Source: Pseudovirgaria hyperparasitica (Eukaryota). Taken from it: a DNA stretch of 64,000 bases. Below are positions 51,933 through 64,000 of this stretch, one piece after another. The translations under genes and the position numbers were made by a program. The DNA is taken from assembly GCA_010093815.1 (NCBI GenBank), contig ML996571.1. The stretch is one strand, 5' to 3'. Position 1 is the stretch's first letter; every line of letters begins with the position of its first letter. Under the pieces are notes generated by a model. It was not told the origin of the DNA. It saw nothing but the letters and a program-made list of their open reading frames with translations, and made no database searches.

Positions 51933-53378
51933 TTTCAAGGAAAACTCTGCGAATTGAGATGTTAGCAAGATCTAGTAAGTAAATCAAGTCGCGCCTGTTC
52001 GAAGTTGAAGATGAGACTAGTGCACTCGTCGCCAGTGAAACCATAAAGCAACTGGCTGAGAACAAAAGCGACTGTTTGGAAATCAGGTGCATCACTCCGT
52101 TGACATGACCACAAAATGTGATGTTCGTGGTGTTCAAAGCGTGCTCGAGATTGAGGGTGAAAGATAACGATCGACGTCAAGCTCGCAGTGGGGTCAAGGG
52201 GTAGCAGAAACCGCAACCCTACAGAGCCCCTGCGTTGCGAGAGCGTCGAACTTCTCCATCGCTATCGCGTTGAATGCGGATGCGCCTTAGAGGTGCGCAT
52301 CGGTATACGACGACTTGGGATTGGGGGGTTGTTGCTTGTTGTCTCGCGACTGATCTTGGCTGCAGCCAGAAGAGGGATGGCACGATGACGACAAAGATGG
52401 GGTAATCTTACCTAGTAGAAGTTTCGGAGGAGGGTGGACAGGCGATAGAGGGAGTTGAGGAGAAAGTAGAGTGTATGCGTAAAAGCACAAGAACTGGTCG
52501 AAAGATTTGAGTGGGATAGAGAGATTCTTTGGCGGTGTCAGTGTTTTGAGGAGGAGATGGTGGGTTGTTGGCGGTCGTAAGTTGATGGAAGGAGCCAGTC
52601 GGTGGGCGTGGTCAGGGCTTTCAATCAACTAGGCGAGAGCCAATTAAATGAGTCTGTGCCTAGTCGTTTTCGGATTATGGATGCCTTGTCATTCTGCCTT
52701 ATTCCTGCCTGAGTTCCGTTAACGCCTACCTGGCTGCACCTTCGACATGGCACAATCGTAAGGTTGATATGTTGGGTCAACTCATACTTTCCGACCCCAC
52801 ATGAGCCCATCCATACATACCGCGATGATAACAGGATGTACATGAGTCAGGACTGATATTCATAGCACGTACACGATCAAGTTTTGGCATGCGGTAGTCC
52901 TAGCATATACGAGGGTCTCCTTGTAATCGTGTACTGCATAGAGCCAACTTTCGGTACGTTACATCATCATACTCCCTAATCACCCATGTGGTACTCTTAA
53001 AGCAGAGGGTATAATACGTTTGTGAGCGGCAACGCATACGAGTTCTATAAATACACGTGTCATCTCACACTCGTGTCCCTTGCCAGCTCTTGTTTGAAGG
53101 TCGTCTGATAGAGGTAGCTAAAACTTTGCAAACGAGCCGCCTTTCATTACCGATGCTCTATGATAAACAAGTAACATTGTGCTGAACATTATTTTCTACT
53201 ATGAAGATTCGAATCACGTTATAATGGTATGACGCACGCCAGATGCCACGTGATGTGCCAAGCATGACCATAGCTCTTGCATACCTAGGTAGAGAGGTAG
53301 ATGCTAGATCAAGTATTGCTCCGCTCGACATCACCACATATCAAATCGAAATATACCATCTTACAAAGCTCAATCATC

Positions 53379-54026
53379 ATGATTCGCGCTACCATCATCA
53401 AGTCTGCTCGGCCTCTTGCCAACGGCCGTTTGTTCTCTACCAGCCTGAGGACCATGGCAGAGGGGGACACCGGCGCTGTAAGGCCCGGCGGTTCTGCGCA
53501 AAGGTAATGTAATATCGTTTCCAATTGATCGAGAAATACATTCAATTCGCTTTCCAACTCATGGTCTAATATCGATACTAGCGATGCCTTCAATAAACGT
53601 GAGAAGGCTGCCGAAGACCAATACATCCGCCAGGAAGAACTCGAGAAGTAAGCTACACCACTCGTGGCAGATGTACAAAAGGGACAACCGCTGATATCAC
53701 ATCTATCAGAATCAAACAGATCCGTGAGAAGATCAGTAAAGAGCGGGAACACATCGACCAGCTGGACAAGACCCTGTACGTGTTACCTTCCTGAATTCCA
53801 CTATACTCTCCATTTTCTCTTTCTCTCCGGAGTGGAGTCAAGAGTAGGTATATGTGTGAGCACATCGATAGGTCCCCGCAAGCCGCTGCATATCTTTATA
53901 GACGTGGCTGGGGCTGAAGTACGGCGCTGAAGATGGCAAAAAAACATCAATCTACACGGGGTGGAGCTAATGGCTTTTCTTTCTTTCTACAGACAGGATC
54001 TCATGGAAAAGAAGGGGCAGAAATAG
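53379..54026 (+). CDS. INH1: Mitochondrial F1F0 ATPase inhibitor (IF1/INH1/STF1 family), 4 exons
   Basis: Mitochondrial presequence; MAEGDTGAVRPGG, DAFNKREKAAEDQYIRQEE; GT-AG introns restore the frame to ...LQDLMEKKGQK*. Confidence 0.9.
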
Positions 54027-54518
54027 TTTCAACACTGCTATTCCTATCTTTCTGCTGTTGCGAAAGCTAACGCAGGGTGTTGGGGTGGATAGGCAGGAGC
54101 TCGATGAACAGCATCGTCAGAGTGGACAGGGCGAGCACCAGCTGTGAACCAGCAATCCGGCCACGACCATCGTCACTCCCAATCTTTGTTCGCTGAGCGT
54201 TTGCTTCGTCTGCTGATTTCTCGTCAATCATTTACTCAATACTCTAAACGTCAAAATTCAAAACACAGAACGAAACTGCTTGATGGTTCGACTCACTTAT
54301 GAACTCCTCTCTACCACCATGTATAGCTAGTCGTCTTGATTGACAATCTCCCAATTGTAAAGAATTGATGCATTTCATGAAAAACCCATGTTACATCCTT
54401 CTGTGAACGAAAGAGTATATCTAATTTTACATCCTCAAATTGCACATTTGAGCTCCATTAAGCTAGTAAACTGTTCATCTACGCGTGAGTATCGGATATC
54501 AGTAAAAGTCCATTACTT

Positions 54519-56873
54519 TTAACGCCTCATGTAACTCTTGTAGAAGTCCTCCGCCGGGTCGGTGCCGAGGCCGCGATATCCGTTTGCTCCTAGCCGTTGG
54601 CCATCACGTTGTGCAGCCTCGATCTTAGCCTTGAGCTGAGCCGCACCGGAATCAATCTGAGTGAGCTGTTGCAAGTGTTGATTCAGGATCTTGACAACCT
54701 GCGAAAGCTGAAATATATGTTAGCACTAACATGACAAGCTACCGGGTTTCGGAAAACTTACTGGATCGTCGGTCTTGGCCTTGCTCAATGTCGACGACAC
54801 CCCATTGATCTCCTCGATCGTCTCCTTCAGCTCACCATTCATTTCATTGACTCTTTCGTTCAGCTTCTCTGCCAGCTTGTAAGTCCGCTCTCTTTCCTGG
54901 TCCGGTCCTTGTAGCGCCCCCTCGCCGTTCTGGCCAACGCTGTTCTTGATCAATTGGTCGACCTGACCCTCATACACATCGAGCCACTGGGAAAGCTCGT
55001 CTTGTTGACTCTCTACGTTGCGTAGCTGCTTCTCAACCTCAGAGGCGTCGCGCTCTGCTTGGAAAGCCTTCGAGTATAGCTTACTGATCTTGTCGCTATT
55101 CTCGACGAGTAATCTATCCCATGAAGCGACTTGTTCAGCTTGCGATTGAAAGTCTTTCTGGTATTTGGCGAGATCAGTAGCCCATCTTGTGATTATATCA
55201 TCTATAGACTTGTTCTTTAAGCGGGAGGCTGCGTCAGGGGTAGGACCGATCGTTGAAGCGCCCAGATTCGTGGAAGCTCCCAGTCCTGCTGCTCCACCGC
55301 TAGTCGCTGCCGTTGCGGTACCACCAGCAGTCGTACCTACTGCGGATGCTGGCGTGGCATTGCTCGCGGGAGCACCAAATAAGGTAGGAGCCGCGGTACC
55401 AGTGGTTGCTGGAGCACCACTAGATGATGAGGTCTCTGCTGGCTTGCTCCCAAAGGGACTGGATTTAGTGTTCGAGTCTGTGGCTGTAGCGCTGCCGAAG
55501 AGATTAGGTTTAGTACCAGTACCACCAAAGAGGCCAGTAGAAGATGCCGTTGATGCTGCAGGCTTTGGAGCCCCGAAAAGACCTCCAGAGGAAGCTGTTG
55601 TAGTGGGGACGGCTGTAGCAGCCGTGGTGGTCGAGTTAGATGCTAGTTGTGATGTGCTAGCACCTAAACTTGGAGTAGAGGTACCGGATGATGGCTTTGC
55701 GCCAAAAAGTCCAGATGATGATGAAGTAGTCGTGGCCGTTGGGGCCGCGGGTTGAGACAGACCCTGTGGATTTGATTGTGTTCCGCCTATATTGCCGAAA
55801 AGACCCCCTGAAGATGGCTTCGATGCATTCCCTTGCCCTCCAAGAGCAAAGGGCGACGACTGAGCAGCATTGGGCTGGTTGGACTGCGCTGAAACTGGAG
55901 CTGTTTGTGAAGCTGACGAAGTATCGCTCTTTGATACAGGTGGAGCAAAGAGACCGGGCGATGTTCCTTGCGCAGCGGCTCCGAACAGAGGTCCCGATGA
56001 AGCGGGTTTGCTGCCCTGGTTACCAAATAGTCCTCCACTGGTTGCCTGAGTTGGGCCTGCGGATAAGGGGGTAGTTGACGGAGTCGTCGTGTTGGGTTTC
56101 GAGCCGAACAGTGACCCTCCGCTGCCCTGAGCCTGTGCACCAAACAGACCAGTAGACGGCGGAGGATTACCGGCAGGAGTCGTGGAACCGAAACTGAAAG
56201 CAGGTTTACTGGCTGCTGGTGTTGCTGCTCCGGAATTACCTCCAGAAGGAGAGACGCCTGTAGAAGCTCCAAATAGCCCACCAGTTTTCGCAGCTGCTCC
56301 TACTCCTGCTGTGCTTGTTTTGCTGCCGAAAAGTCCACCTCCGCCCGTAGATGTGACAGCGTCTCCACTGCTTGTGCCTCCAAAAGTCGAACCGCCTCCT
56401 CCAAATAAACCAGAACCGCCTGATGTCCCTGTTGTCGTGTTTCCTCCGGCTCCGAGAGGACTCGGTTTACTAGGCTGAGTTGATCCCGTAGTATTCGATC
56501 CGCCAAAGGGCGACCCTCCTGCGTTCCCAAAGCCGAAAGATGGTTTTGCTCCTGACGTTGTGGCATTGGAGCCAAACAGACTTGGCGCCGATGTTGTATT
56601 TGAAGTCGATGCAGGATTTCCAAAGCTAAACGCCGGCTTGCTTTGATTCGCATCTCCGGTCGATGTCGAACCGAATAGCCCACTGCCCGAGTTGTTTGCG
56701 TTGCTGTTGTTGGCGTTGCCGAATGGCGAACTGCTACTATTTCCTCCACTAGGCTGCCCAAAAAGTGCACCACCTGCGGGCTTGTTTGTATTGTTTCCAA
56801 AAAGACCAGAGCCGCTGCTGGATGCAGCCGGCCCTGAGCTTTGCCCAAAGGTAAATTTTGGGGGATTGGACAT
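54519..56873 (-). CDS. NSP1: FG nucleoporin NSP1/Nup62; intron 54761-54708
   Basis: GLFG/FxFG repeats; Nsp1_C domain SRLKNKSIDDIITRWATDL...PDQERERTYKLAE; spliced C-terminus LSQVVKILNQHL. Confidence 0.96.
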
Positions 56874-57321
56874 CTTGGAGCCGTGTAGCTACCCTGGAAG
56901 CGTGTCAGTTCTTAGTACGGTCGCAAAGGAAAAGATATCTGATCGCGTACTCAGTCGCTTACCACTATAAGATGCAGTCACTTTTAGACAACCAAATATG
57001 ACGCGCAACGGGCTCGAAAATGTAGACTGGGAAGCTTGACAAGCCGATTGACGCGACCACTAACCTACAACAAGGCGGCAGAACCCCGGAAGAGCGTCGC
57101 GCTTGCTAGCTTTACGCCCAGCTAGAGGGCGGGCAGCGGTCCAGGGTGATCTACAGCCGGTAGCGACTGTCCCTAATCTCTCTCGTATCTGAACGTTTCA
57201 GACTTCATTTCATGCAGCTGCTCATGCACTTGTATTCATAATTCTGAGATTGTACGGACCTTGACCTGCTGATAGCTTTCTCGCACGAAACATCATTGTT
57301 GAAAGCCGGCCTCCACACGCT

Positions 57322-58971
57322 ATGGCTGACGGACAGCCCCCAAAGTTGAACACCAATCTCGGCACACATGAACAAGGTACGCAAGTACAGGGTCCTTCTA
57401 CTTTAAAGATATACGTTTAACTATGTATTAGATTCTTCCAGCGACGAGCATTTCTCGGATGCCCCAGAGCAGAAAGCTCCCATCGACCGATCGAAGGGCA
57501 ATTCGCCCATACCCATAACTCGAGTGGAGCGAGTCGACGACCAACCGAGCCATGGTGAAGTGCCCGGAACACCAGCATACGACCTACGTACCAAGGATGC
57601 AGTCCCTGATGAGGTGGAGATTGTCCCAGACGGCTTGAGGAGCAGAAGCGCATCAAGAGTGCTCCCTGAAGATCGTCCGTTGACTCCCGGTGGATCACCT
57701 ATCCCTGTCACCATAGTAGAGAGGGTAGATGATGAACCTGCGCACGGTGAGGTACCCGGGACTGCAGCTCACGAACTGCGTAAGATGGATGCAGCGCCAG
57801 ATATCGTACTGAAGGCACCAGTGACACAGAAGCGTGACGACGGTAGGGTTACTATGTCCACAGAAGCACGAAAATGAAGCTAAATGGCCTAGAGCAGCCT
57901 CCAAATGAGTTCGATGAAACTACTGTACCGCCGAATGGTCTACCAGACGGTGAAGGCGAAGATAGCAACGAGGGAATGGAGGAGGACAATGATGATGGCT
58001 TTGGTGACGATTTTGATGATTTTGAACAAGGCGAGGAAGGTGCTGATGATGATTTTGGCGATTTTGATGATGGCTTTCAAGACGGCGCAGATCAGCAGGA
58101 TAGTGCATTACACACCCCGGTCCAGACAGCCAGAACATTTGCACCACTCCCGTCTTCCGTTCCTGTAAGTTCCCTACAGAAAATCCAATTTATGAACCTT
58201 CTCTCCAATTATACATCTGCTTGTGATACGACTTCACGCTAACAAAAGCCGTGCCTACAGCCTATACTCGACTTTAATGACTACTCAACGCTCATAGAGG
58301 TGCAAGAAGCTACCCAGCCCTACGTGGCGAGTATATTTCCCAGTTTAAAAGACCTTCCAGAATCAACGACAGCTTCAGAAGACGCAAACTCAATATTCTT
58401 GTCAGAACGCAGTCTCTCATTGTGGTCGCAACTGGTTGCGCCACCACCGTTGCAGCCACCGAATTGGGTACGATCTCGTATTCGTCGCCTGTTTCTTGTC
58501 TCGCTCGGCGTCCCTGTGGATCTCGACGAGATACTACCAGCGAGTAAACAAAAGAAATTAATTCTTCCGTCCATGAAGATATCCGCAGACAGGTCACCAC
58601 GACCATCAGATGACCGTGCGAATGGCGCGATCGAGCGTCTGAAGAAGGGCGAGAATGCTTCTAGCACATCCGTCGACTCGTCGTCATCAAAACCAGGCCG
58701 TCCAGGCAGTAAGCGCAGAGGACCCCCACCAGCGCCTGAGCTGGACATCAGTTCGACGACCATATTGTGTTCTACCACCGAAATAGCATTGAACAACTTC
58801 ACAGATGCGGAATTGAGGGCACACGTGAAAAGATTAAAGGCACTGACCCTGCAGGCAGAGGAAGTCCTTCAATACTGGACAAAGCGGGTGGATAGTGCAA
58901 TAGGGGATAAGGAGGCTTTCGAGGGCGTCATTGAGAACCTCGTCAAGCATGCCAAAAAGGTCCGGAACTGA
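57322..58971 (+). CDS. YBL010C/LAA2-like (DUF5102) AP-1 accessory protein, 4 exons
   Basis: Duplicated VERVDDxPxHGEVPGT repeat; acidic FGDF motifs; SLWSQLVAPPPLQPPNWVRSRIRRLFLVSLGVPVDLDEILP; introns 57377-57431, 57843-57892, 58165-58260. Confidence 0.78.
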
Positions 58972-61900
58972 GTGGTGTATCTGCACCTACAGATCGGCAT
59001 ATAGCGAATACAAACTACAATATCGCTCGCCGTTTACACATATGCCGTGTCTACGCATATTCGCATGCACTAGCAACGCTTTGACTTTCCTTCTCATCAA
59101 GTCCTCGCACTGCCTGTCCACTATATCTCATCGCCTCACTACTTCACATCGTCCCGTTGATCTCCATCATGACTCACCTAGATCCAGCACCTCAAATCTT
59201 ACCCAACACCGGTTCATAACCAGTAGTGTTCGTGATCTGACATCGAACGATATATCTCGCCCCCGCCAACCGGGGTGCGCAGGCCACGCGGGGAAATCCC
59301 AGCCCGATGTGTTGTCAACGCTTCTCGGGCCGATGTGAGGCTGCCGGCAGCTACTACACCAATGATGGACAACGGCGGGGTCAATATAGGCATGCGGACT
59401 AGATGGCAGTGTGAATGCAAGATGAGACAATCATCTTGGCGAAATAGATGTCGGGCAGTGGCTTGGCGGGAGTCCGTTTGTGATGTTTGTGAGGCGGACT
59501 GGACATGCGACAGAGAGCAAATGATTGAGTGGGTAGGGCTAAAAACATGGATGGGTGAATTAGTGTAATAATATATGTATAAAGACGGAGGAGTCTCCGG
59601 AAAGTATGCGGCTAGAAACGTAGCGCCCATTGATTGGTGTGAGTGTCATCGCTCGACGTTGCCTCGATATGGTATACAGGGAGTGGTGGGGTACGATGAA
59701 GAACGTGAAACAGGGTGCACCACGGAGATTCCGATCTTGATGTTAGCTACTGCCTTGTTTCGCTGGAGATGGAGGGAATTGCCTCGGACATCTACAATAA
59801 TAGTTGCCTTGCATGCGTGAGAACGACGACAGAGCCGATATCTATGCCGCCACGGATCATCTACTTCCATCGATGTCCACTATTTCGAGAGAAAGACTTT
59901 TAGAGATTCCACTCATGGCCATTGTCACATGGCCATGACAGTTGCCAAATGCATATGATCATCTACCTATTGCATGTCTCTATATCTCAAACTGCAATGA
60001 TGTCGATGTCAAGAGGCTGCAGATGTCGGAATAGACTAAATATATCCCTCAGGTATTATGTATGGAGTTCCGCCACAAGGCTTCAATTCCAGGGTCCATC
60101 TCGGCGAAATGATACAGACGCCTAGACGACACTAAAGTCAATCAGAGCTCCGTTTAGGACCCTGGCGGCGGCCTTGCGGCAGGGTTAGCGCTCCCTGATT
60201 GAGCGACGAGGGCACACAGAGGGGCTAGGGGACCCTGTAGGAAGATTCGTGGACGTTGCGATCGTGCATCTGTGCGGCGGCATGATTCACTTTTTGCCAT
60301 GCGAGTGTGCATCATCGCATGGGCGGGTTGTCACCAATGGTCAAAGTCTGTTTTAACAGGTGGTCTTCGCCGGCCAGCGGCAGAGAGGGGCTGCAGAGCT
60401 CAAGATTTCTCTTGGATCGGATGAGATATTCAGGGGTACGGCACACGATATAGGCTTCTCGAGGTGCGAGGGGGTCGCACTAGAGTTCACATGTGCGCCT
60501 CTGCCGTGATGCCGCTCAAGAGATTTGGATGATGCTGTATCCATCCAGGAGGTGTGCGGTGCGGTGAGCAGTCGTGATGAAGGCACGGCTCTCATGATCT
60601 CCCCAAGATTAGAGGGTCTGCTTAGAGAGTTGATCTTCGATGAGACATGTCGATCACCATGCGTGGTACTCGTCAGGTCGCTCGAGCATGCCTCTTCGCT
60701 CACAGAGTGGCTGATGGTATTGCTTGTTGCGCAGGGAATCTTCTGTACTCGACGTGGTGCTGCGTGCGTGGCCTCCGTGATGAAACGGGAGACATTGGTA
60801 GATGTACATAGTATACAGATCTCACCTCAGGACCAATTGGAAAGGAGGCTTACGCCGGTGTGGATTGATGTGTTAAGGAACAAATTATGTGGAGTGGCTA
60901 CCACAGTGCGTGGCCGCTAGAATGGATCATAGATGCCCCTGGTTGAGCGTCGCAAGTGAGTATAAACAAGCTGATGCTTGTCGGACGAAGACTGGGTGAG
61001 ATTCAGGAAAAAAAATCTAGAACACGATGCAACGGCCCTGTTTCTAGCCCGGAGATATATAAGTGGACTATTATGTACTTGCGTACCCAAATACCTGTTG
61101 CGATAGATAGCGATTATTATTACGCAGTGCAGTACATATTGTTTCTTCTTCCAGGAATACCCCTGAACCCTGGCCGGCGTGCAGAAGCGTCCACTTGAGC
61201 CAGAGAAGAAGGCTGCTGCGTCATGGTGCACGGACGGCCCCGTCCCACGATGTCGCCGTACCAGACAACCGCAGCAAACGCAGGCAGTCGTGGAATTCAC
61301 CGAGCCTAGTCAGCTGGAGTCGCATTGGAGGCCTTGTTGATGCATAATGATCGCGAGAAGGCTTGAGATGGCAAGATACAGTTTTTCATTGCCGCGCCAT
61401 ACTATGTAAGAAGTGCCGTAGCTATGCTGATCCTTTTTGGAAACGGGGTGGGAAGATTCGGCTCAGTTTGGCCCTGTTGGAGGAGGGAGGGGGGGGGTTT
61501 AACAGACAGGGCAGACGTCTCGAGGAGCCCGGAAGCGCTAACACAGGCAGCCCAATCCTCCCCAAAACCGCCCTGGCCACCGCCTGAGGTTCACGGTCGT
61601 TCGCTGCACTCACTGTGACTGAACGTTGCCCCCTCCCCTCTTCACTGTCTGTCTGTTGGTCTGTTTGGTCGCTAGAGACGAGGTCGGTCGGTCGAGGAAT
61701 AGCAACGAGAAAAGGAACAGCAAGCTACTACTACTATTACTACTACTACTAGCCGATCCATCCATCACGTTTGACTTGCGCGTGCCAATCACTCCACCAT
61801 TCTATCCTCTACAACTTGCCAGAAATCGTTGTCTTTTCTGCCTCACTCTTCTTCCCTTCTTTCCTTCTCATCTCCCTCCTCCTATCGTACGACAACGCCA

Positions 61901-62267
61901 TCTGACTTTGGATCCCAGTCGTTGCCCAGTCCCACACCGGGGACCTTGCCACGCTTCCTTTCTATCATTCGCCTTGAAGCTCTCGCTCTCGCTCTCTATC
62001 GGCTGCTCCTTTCCGATCATTTGGCATTTCCATTCTATGCTCATTTCACCGGGCCAACCCCCAATAGCACAGATTCACAGCTTTTAGATCGCGACGACAT
62101 CAGTCACTGCTATCTCAATACAGTATACCACGCTCGCGCACTGTCCAGCTTCTACGCTCTCTCTCGTCGAATTCTCCGCCGCCAGTTAGATTTCCTCCGA
62201 TAACGTCCACACCTGGTTTCTACACCAAATGCTGGCATAGAGTACAATTATACGAATCGCTCTAGCG

Positions 62268-64000
62268 ATGCCTGATTCCCAGACTTCGGCCGCTCTTGTC
62301 GGTATTCTCTCCAACCTCGCCAAATCACACGATCCTTCACAAGACACCACATTTTCAGGACGCATAGCTGCAAATGGAACTCGGCAGTCCAAGATTCAGC
62401 TGCCTGGCCCTGACGACCCAGAGAAACAGACGCTTGAACGTGAGCTGTCAAAATTAGCCGCCCGCATCTCTTATCTCGAAGCCAAAGCGAACGCAGTCAA
62501 CGAACGCGCATTTCCTCTTACACCCAGCGAACCTCTTTCGTCTCCATTCAACCCAGATACCTCAGCTATCTCCGGCCGTAGTGCCCCTCCTGCCTTCACA
62601 CGGTCTCAAACTGGGGCCACGAAAGAACAGAAGGCACAATGGGTCTCGAACTGGCTTGCTTCGAGGGACGAAGCCGACCAGCCTCCAAGTCAGGTCACTG
62701 CTCTGACGGAAGAACAATTGAGCTACCTGCGAGACCACGTAAGCAAACAAGCGGAACAAATCCGTAGTCAACGAGAACACATTGAAGAGCTGCACAATGA
62801 AGTCAAAACTACACTGGAAAGCCAGAATCGAGAGGTCAAGGAGAGCGTGGATGATATTGACGCTCTGAAAAGAGAGCTTGCGAAACATCAGCAGGCCAAC
62901 CTTGCCTTCCAGAAAGCTCTACGTGAAATTGGAAACATTGTCACTGCTGTCGCCAACGGTGATCTCAGTTGCAAAGTTCTCATACACGCAAAAGAGATGG
63001 ACCCAGAAATTACTGTGTTCAAGCGCACTATCAACACTATGGTGGACCAGCTTCAAGATTTCGCCAGCCAAGTGACGCACCTTGCAAAGGAAGTCGGCAC
63101 CGAAGGCAGACTTGGTGGCCAAGCTTGTCTTCCTGGCCTCGGAGGTATTTGGGCTGAATTGACCGACAGCGGTATGTTGACGATCAGGCTTGTTTTGATA
63201 CCTGTCTAACCCTATCTAGTCAACGTTATGGCGAAGAATCTCACCGATCAAGTGCGAGAAATCGCTGTAGTAACAACTGCGGTAGCGGATGGCGACCTCA
63301 GTCGTAAGATCGAGCGTCCCGCACGTGGCGAAATTCTCCAGCTACAGCAGACTATCAACACTATGGTGGATCAGCTCCGTTCTTTTGCTACTGAAGTTTC
63401 AAGAGTCGCCAAGGATGTCGGCACTGAAGGTGTTCTCGGTGGCCAAGCTCAAATTGAGGGCGTCAAAGGCATGTGGAACGATCTGACAATCAACGTCAAT
63501 GCGATGGCCTTCAATCTCACGACACAAGTGCGCGACATTGCTGAAGTTACCACTGCCGTGGCTCAAGGAGATCTCACACGTAAGGTTCATGCTGAGTGCA
63601 AGGGAGAAATCCTCGAACTCAAAATAACCATCAATTCTATGGTGGAACAATTGCAGCAATTTGCACATGAAGTGACGAAAATTGCGCGAGAAGTCGGTAC
63701 TGAAGGCCAACTCGGTGGACAAGCCACTGTACATGGCGTCAAGGGCACATGGGCAGAACTCACTGAGAATGTGAACGGCATGGCCATGAACCTAACTACA
63801 CAGGTGCGCGAGATCGCAGAAGTGACAACTGCTGTCGCCAGGGGTGATCTCAGCAAGAAGGTTAATGCAGAGGTGCAAGGCGAGATTTTGGAACTGAAGA
63901 GCACCATCAACACCATGGTGGACAGATTGAGCACATTTGCCTTTGAGGTCAGCAAAGTAGCTCGCGAAGTCGGTACTGAGGGTCAGTTAGGAGGCCAGGC
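62268..64000 (+). CDS. NIK1: Group III hybrid histidine kinase with poly-HAMP repeats (partial, runs off the window); intron 63172-63219
   Basis: [17 protein letters not shown]; repeated of about 92 aa HAMP units ([26 protein letters not shown]). Confidence 0.96.

Noticed and set aside
58972..62267. ncRNA (for example telomerase RNA, CTAACCCT on the minus strand near 60185) or genes in the 3.3-kb region upstream of NIK1
   Set aside because: An 8-mer match is expected by chance and no supporting structure was recognised; a long promoter/5' UTR is normal for a signalling kinase

Overview
Filamentous ascomycete (Pezizomycotina, probably Dothideomycete-like) genomic DNA in two compartments. (1) About 1-26,200 is an AT-rich, RIP-mutated nest of transposons. 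It holds two copies of a self-priming chromoviral Ty3/gypsy element (family A), a truncated second LTR element (B), a complete 11.4-kb Ylt1-like gypsy element (C), two complete ~600-bp TRIM-like non-autonomous LTR elements with perfect 5-bp TSDs (D) and a hAT transposase relic. (2) About 26,200-64,000 is gene-dense, GC-balanced DNA: GNAT acetyltransferase, APH-like pseudokinase, TDG/MUG glycosylase, a hypothetical protein, SLX9, WC-2, RAD50, GH5 exo-1,3-beta-glucanase, a VOC extradiol dioxygenase, 14-3-3, ATPase inhibitor IF1, NSP1, a LAA2-like protein and the 5' part of a group III histidine kinase (NIK1/OS-1). The most notable signals are hidden in the RIP-destroyed DNA and are largely absent from the ORF track. 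Element C carries a ~980-codon extra ORF whose de-RIPed sequence has a complete PhyH-like 2OG-Fe(II) dioxygenase catalytic signature, and element A carries an intron-containing antisense gene. De-RIPed residues are my manual inference. No database searches were run.
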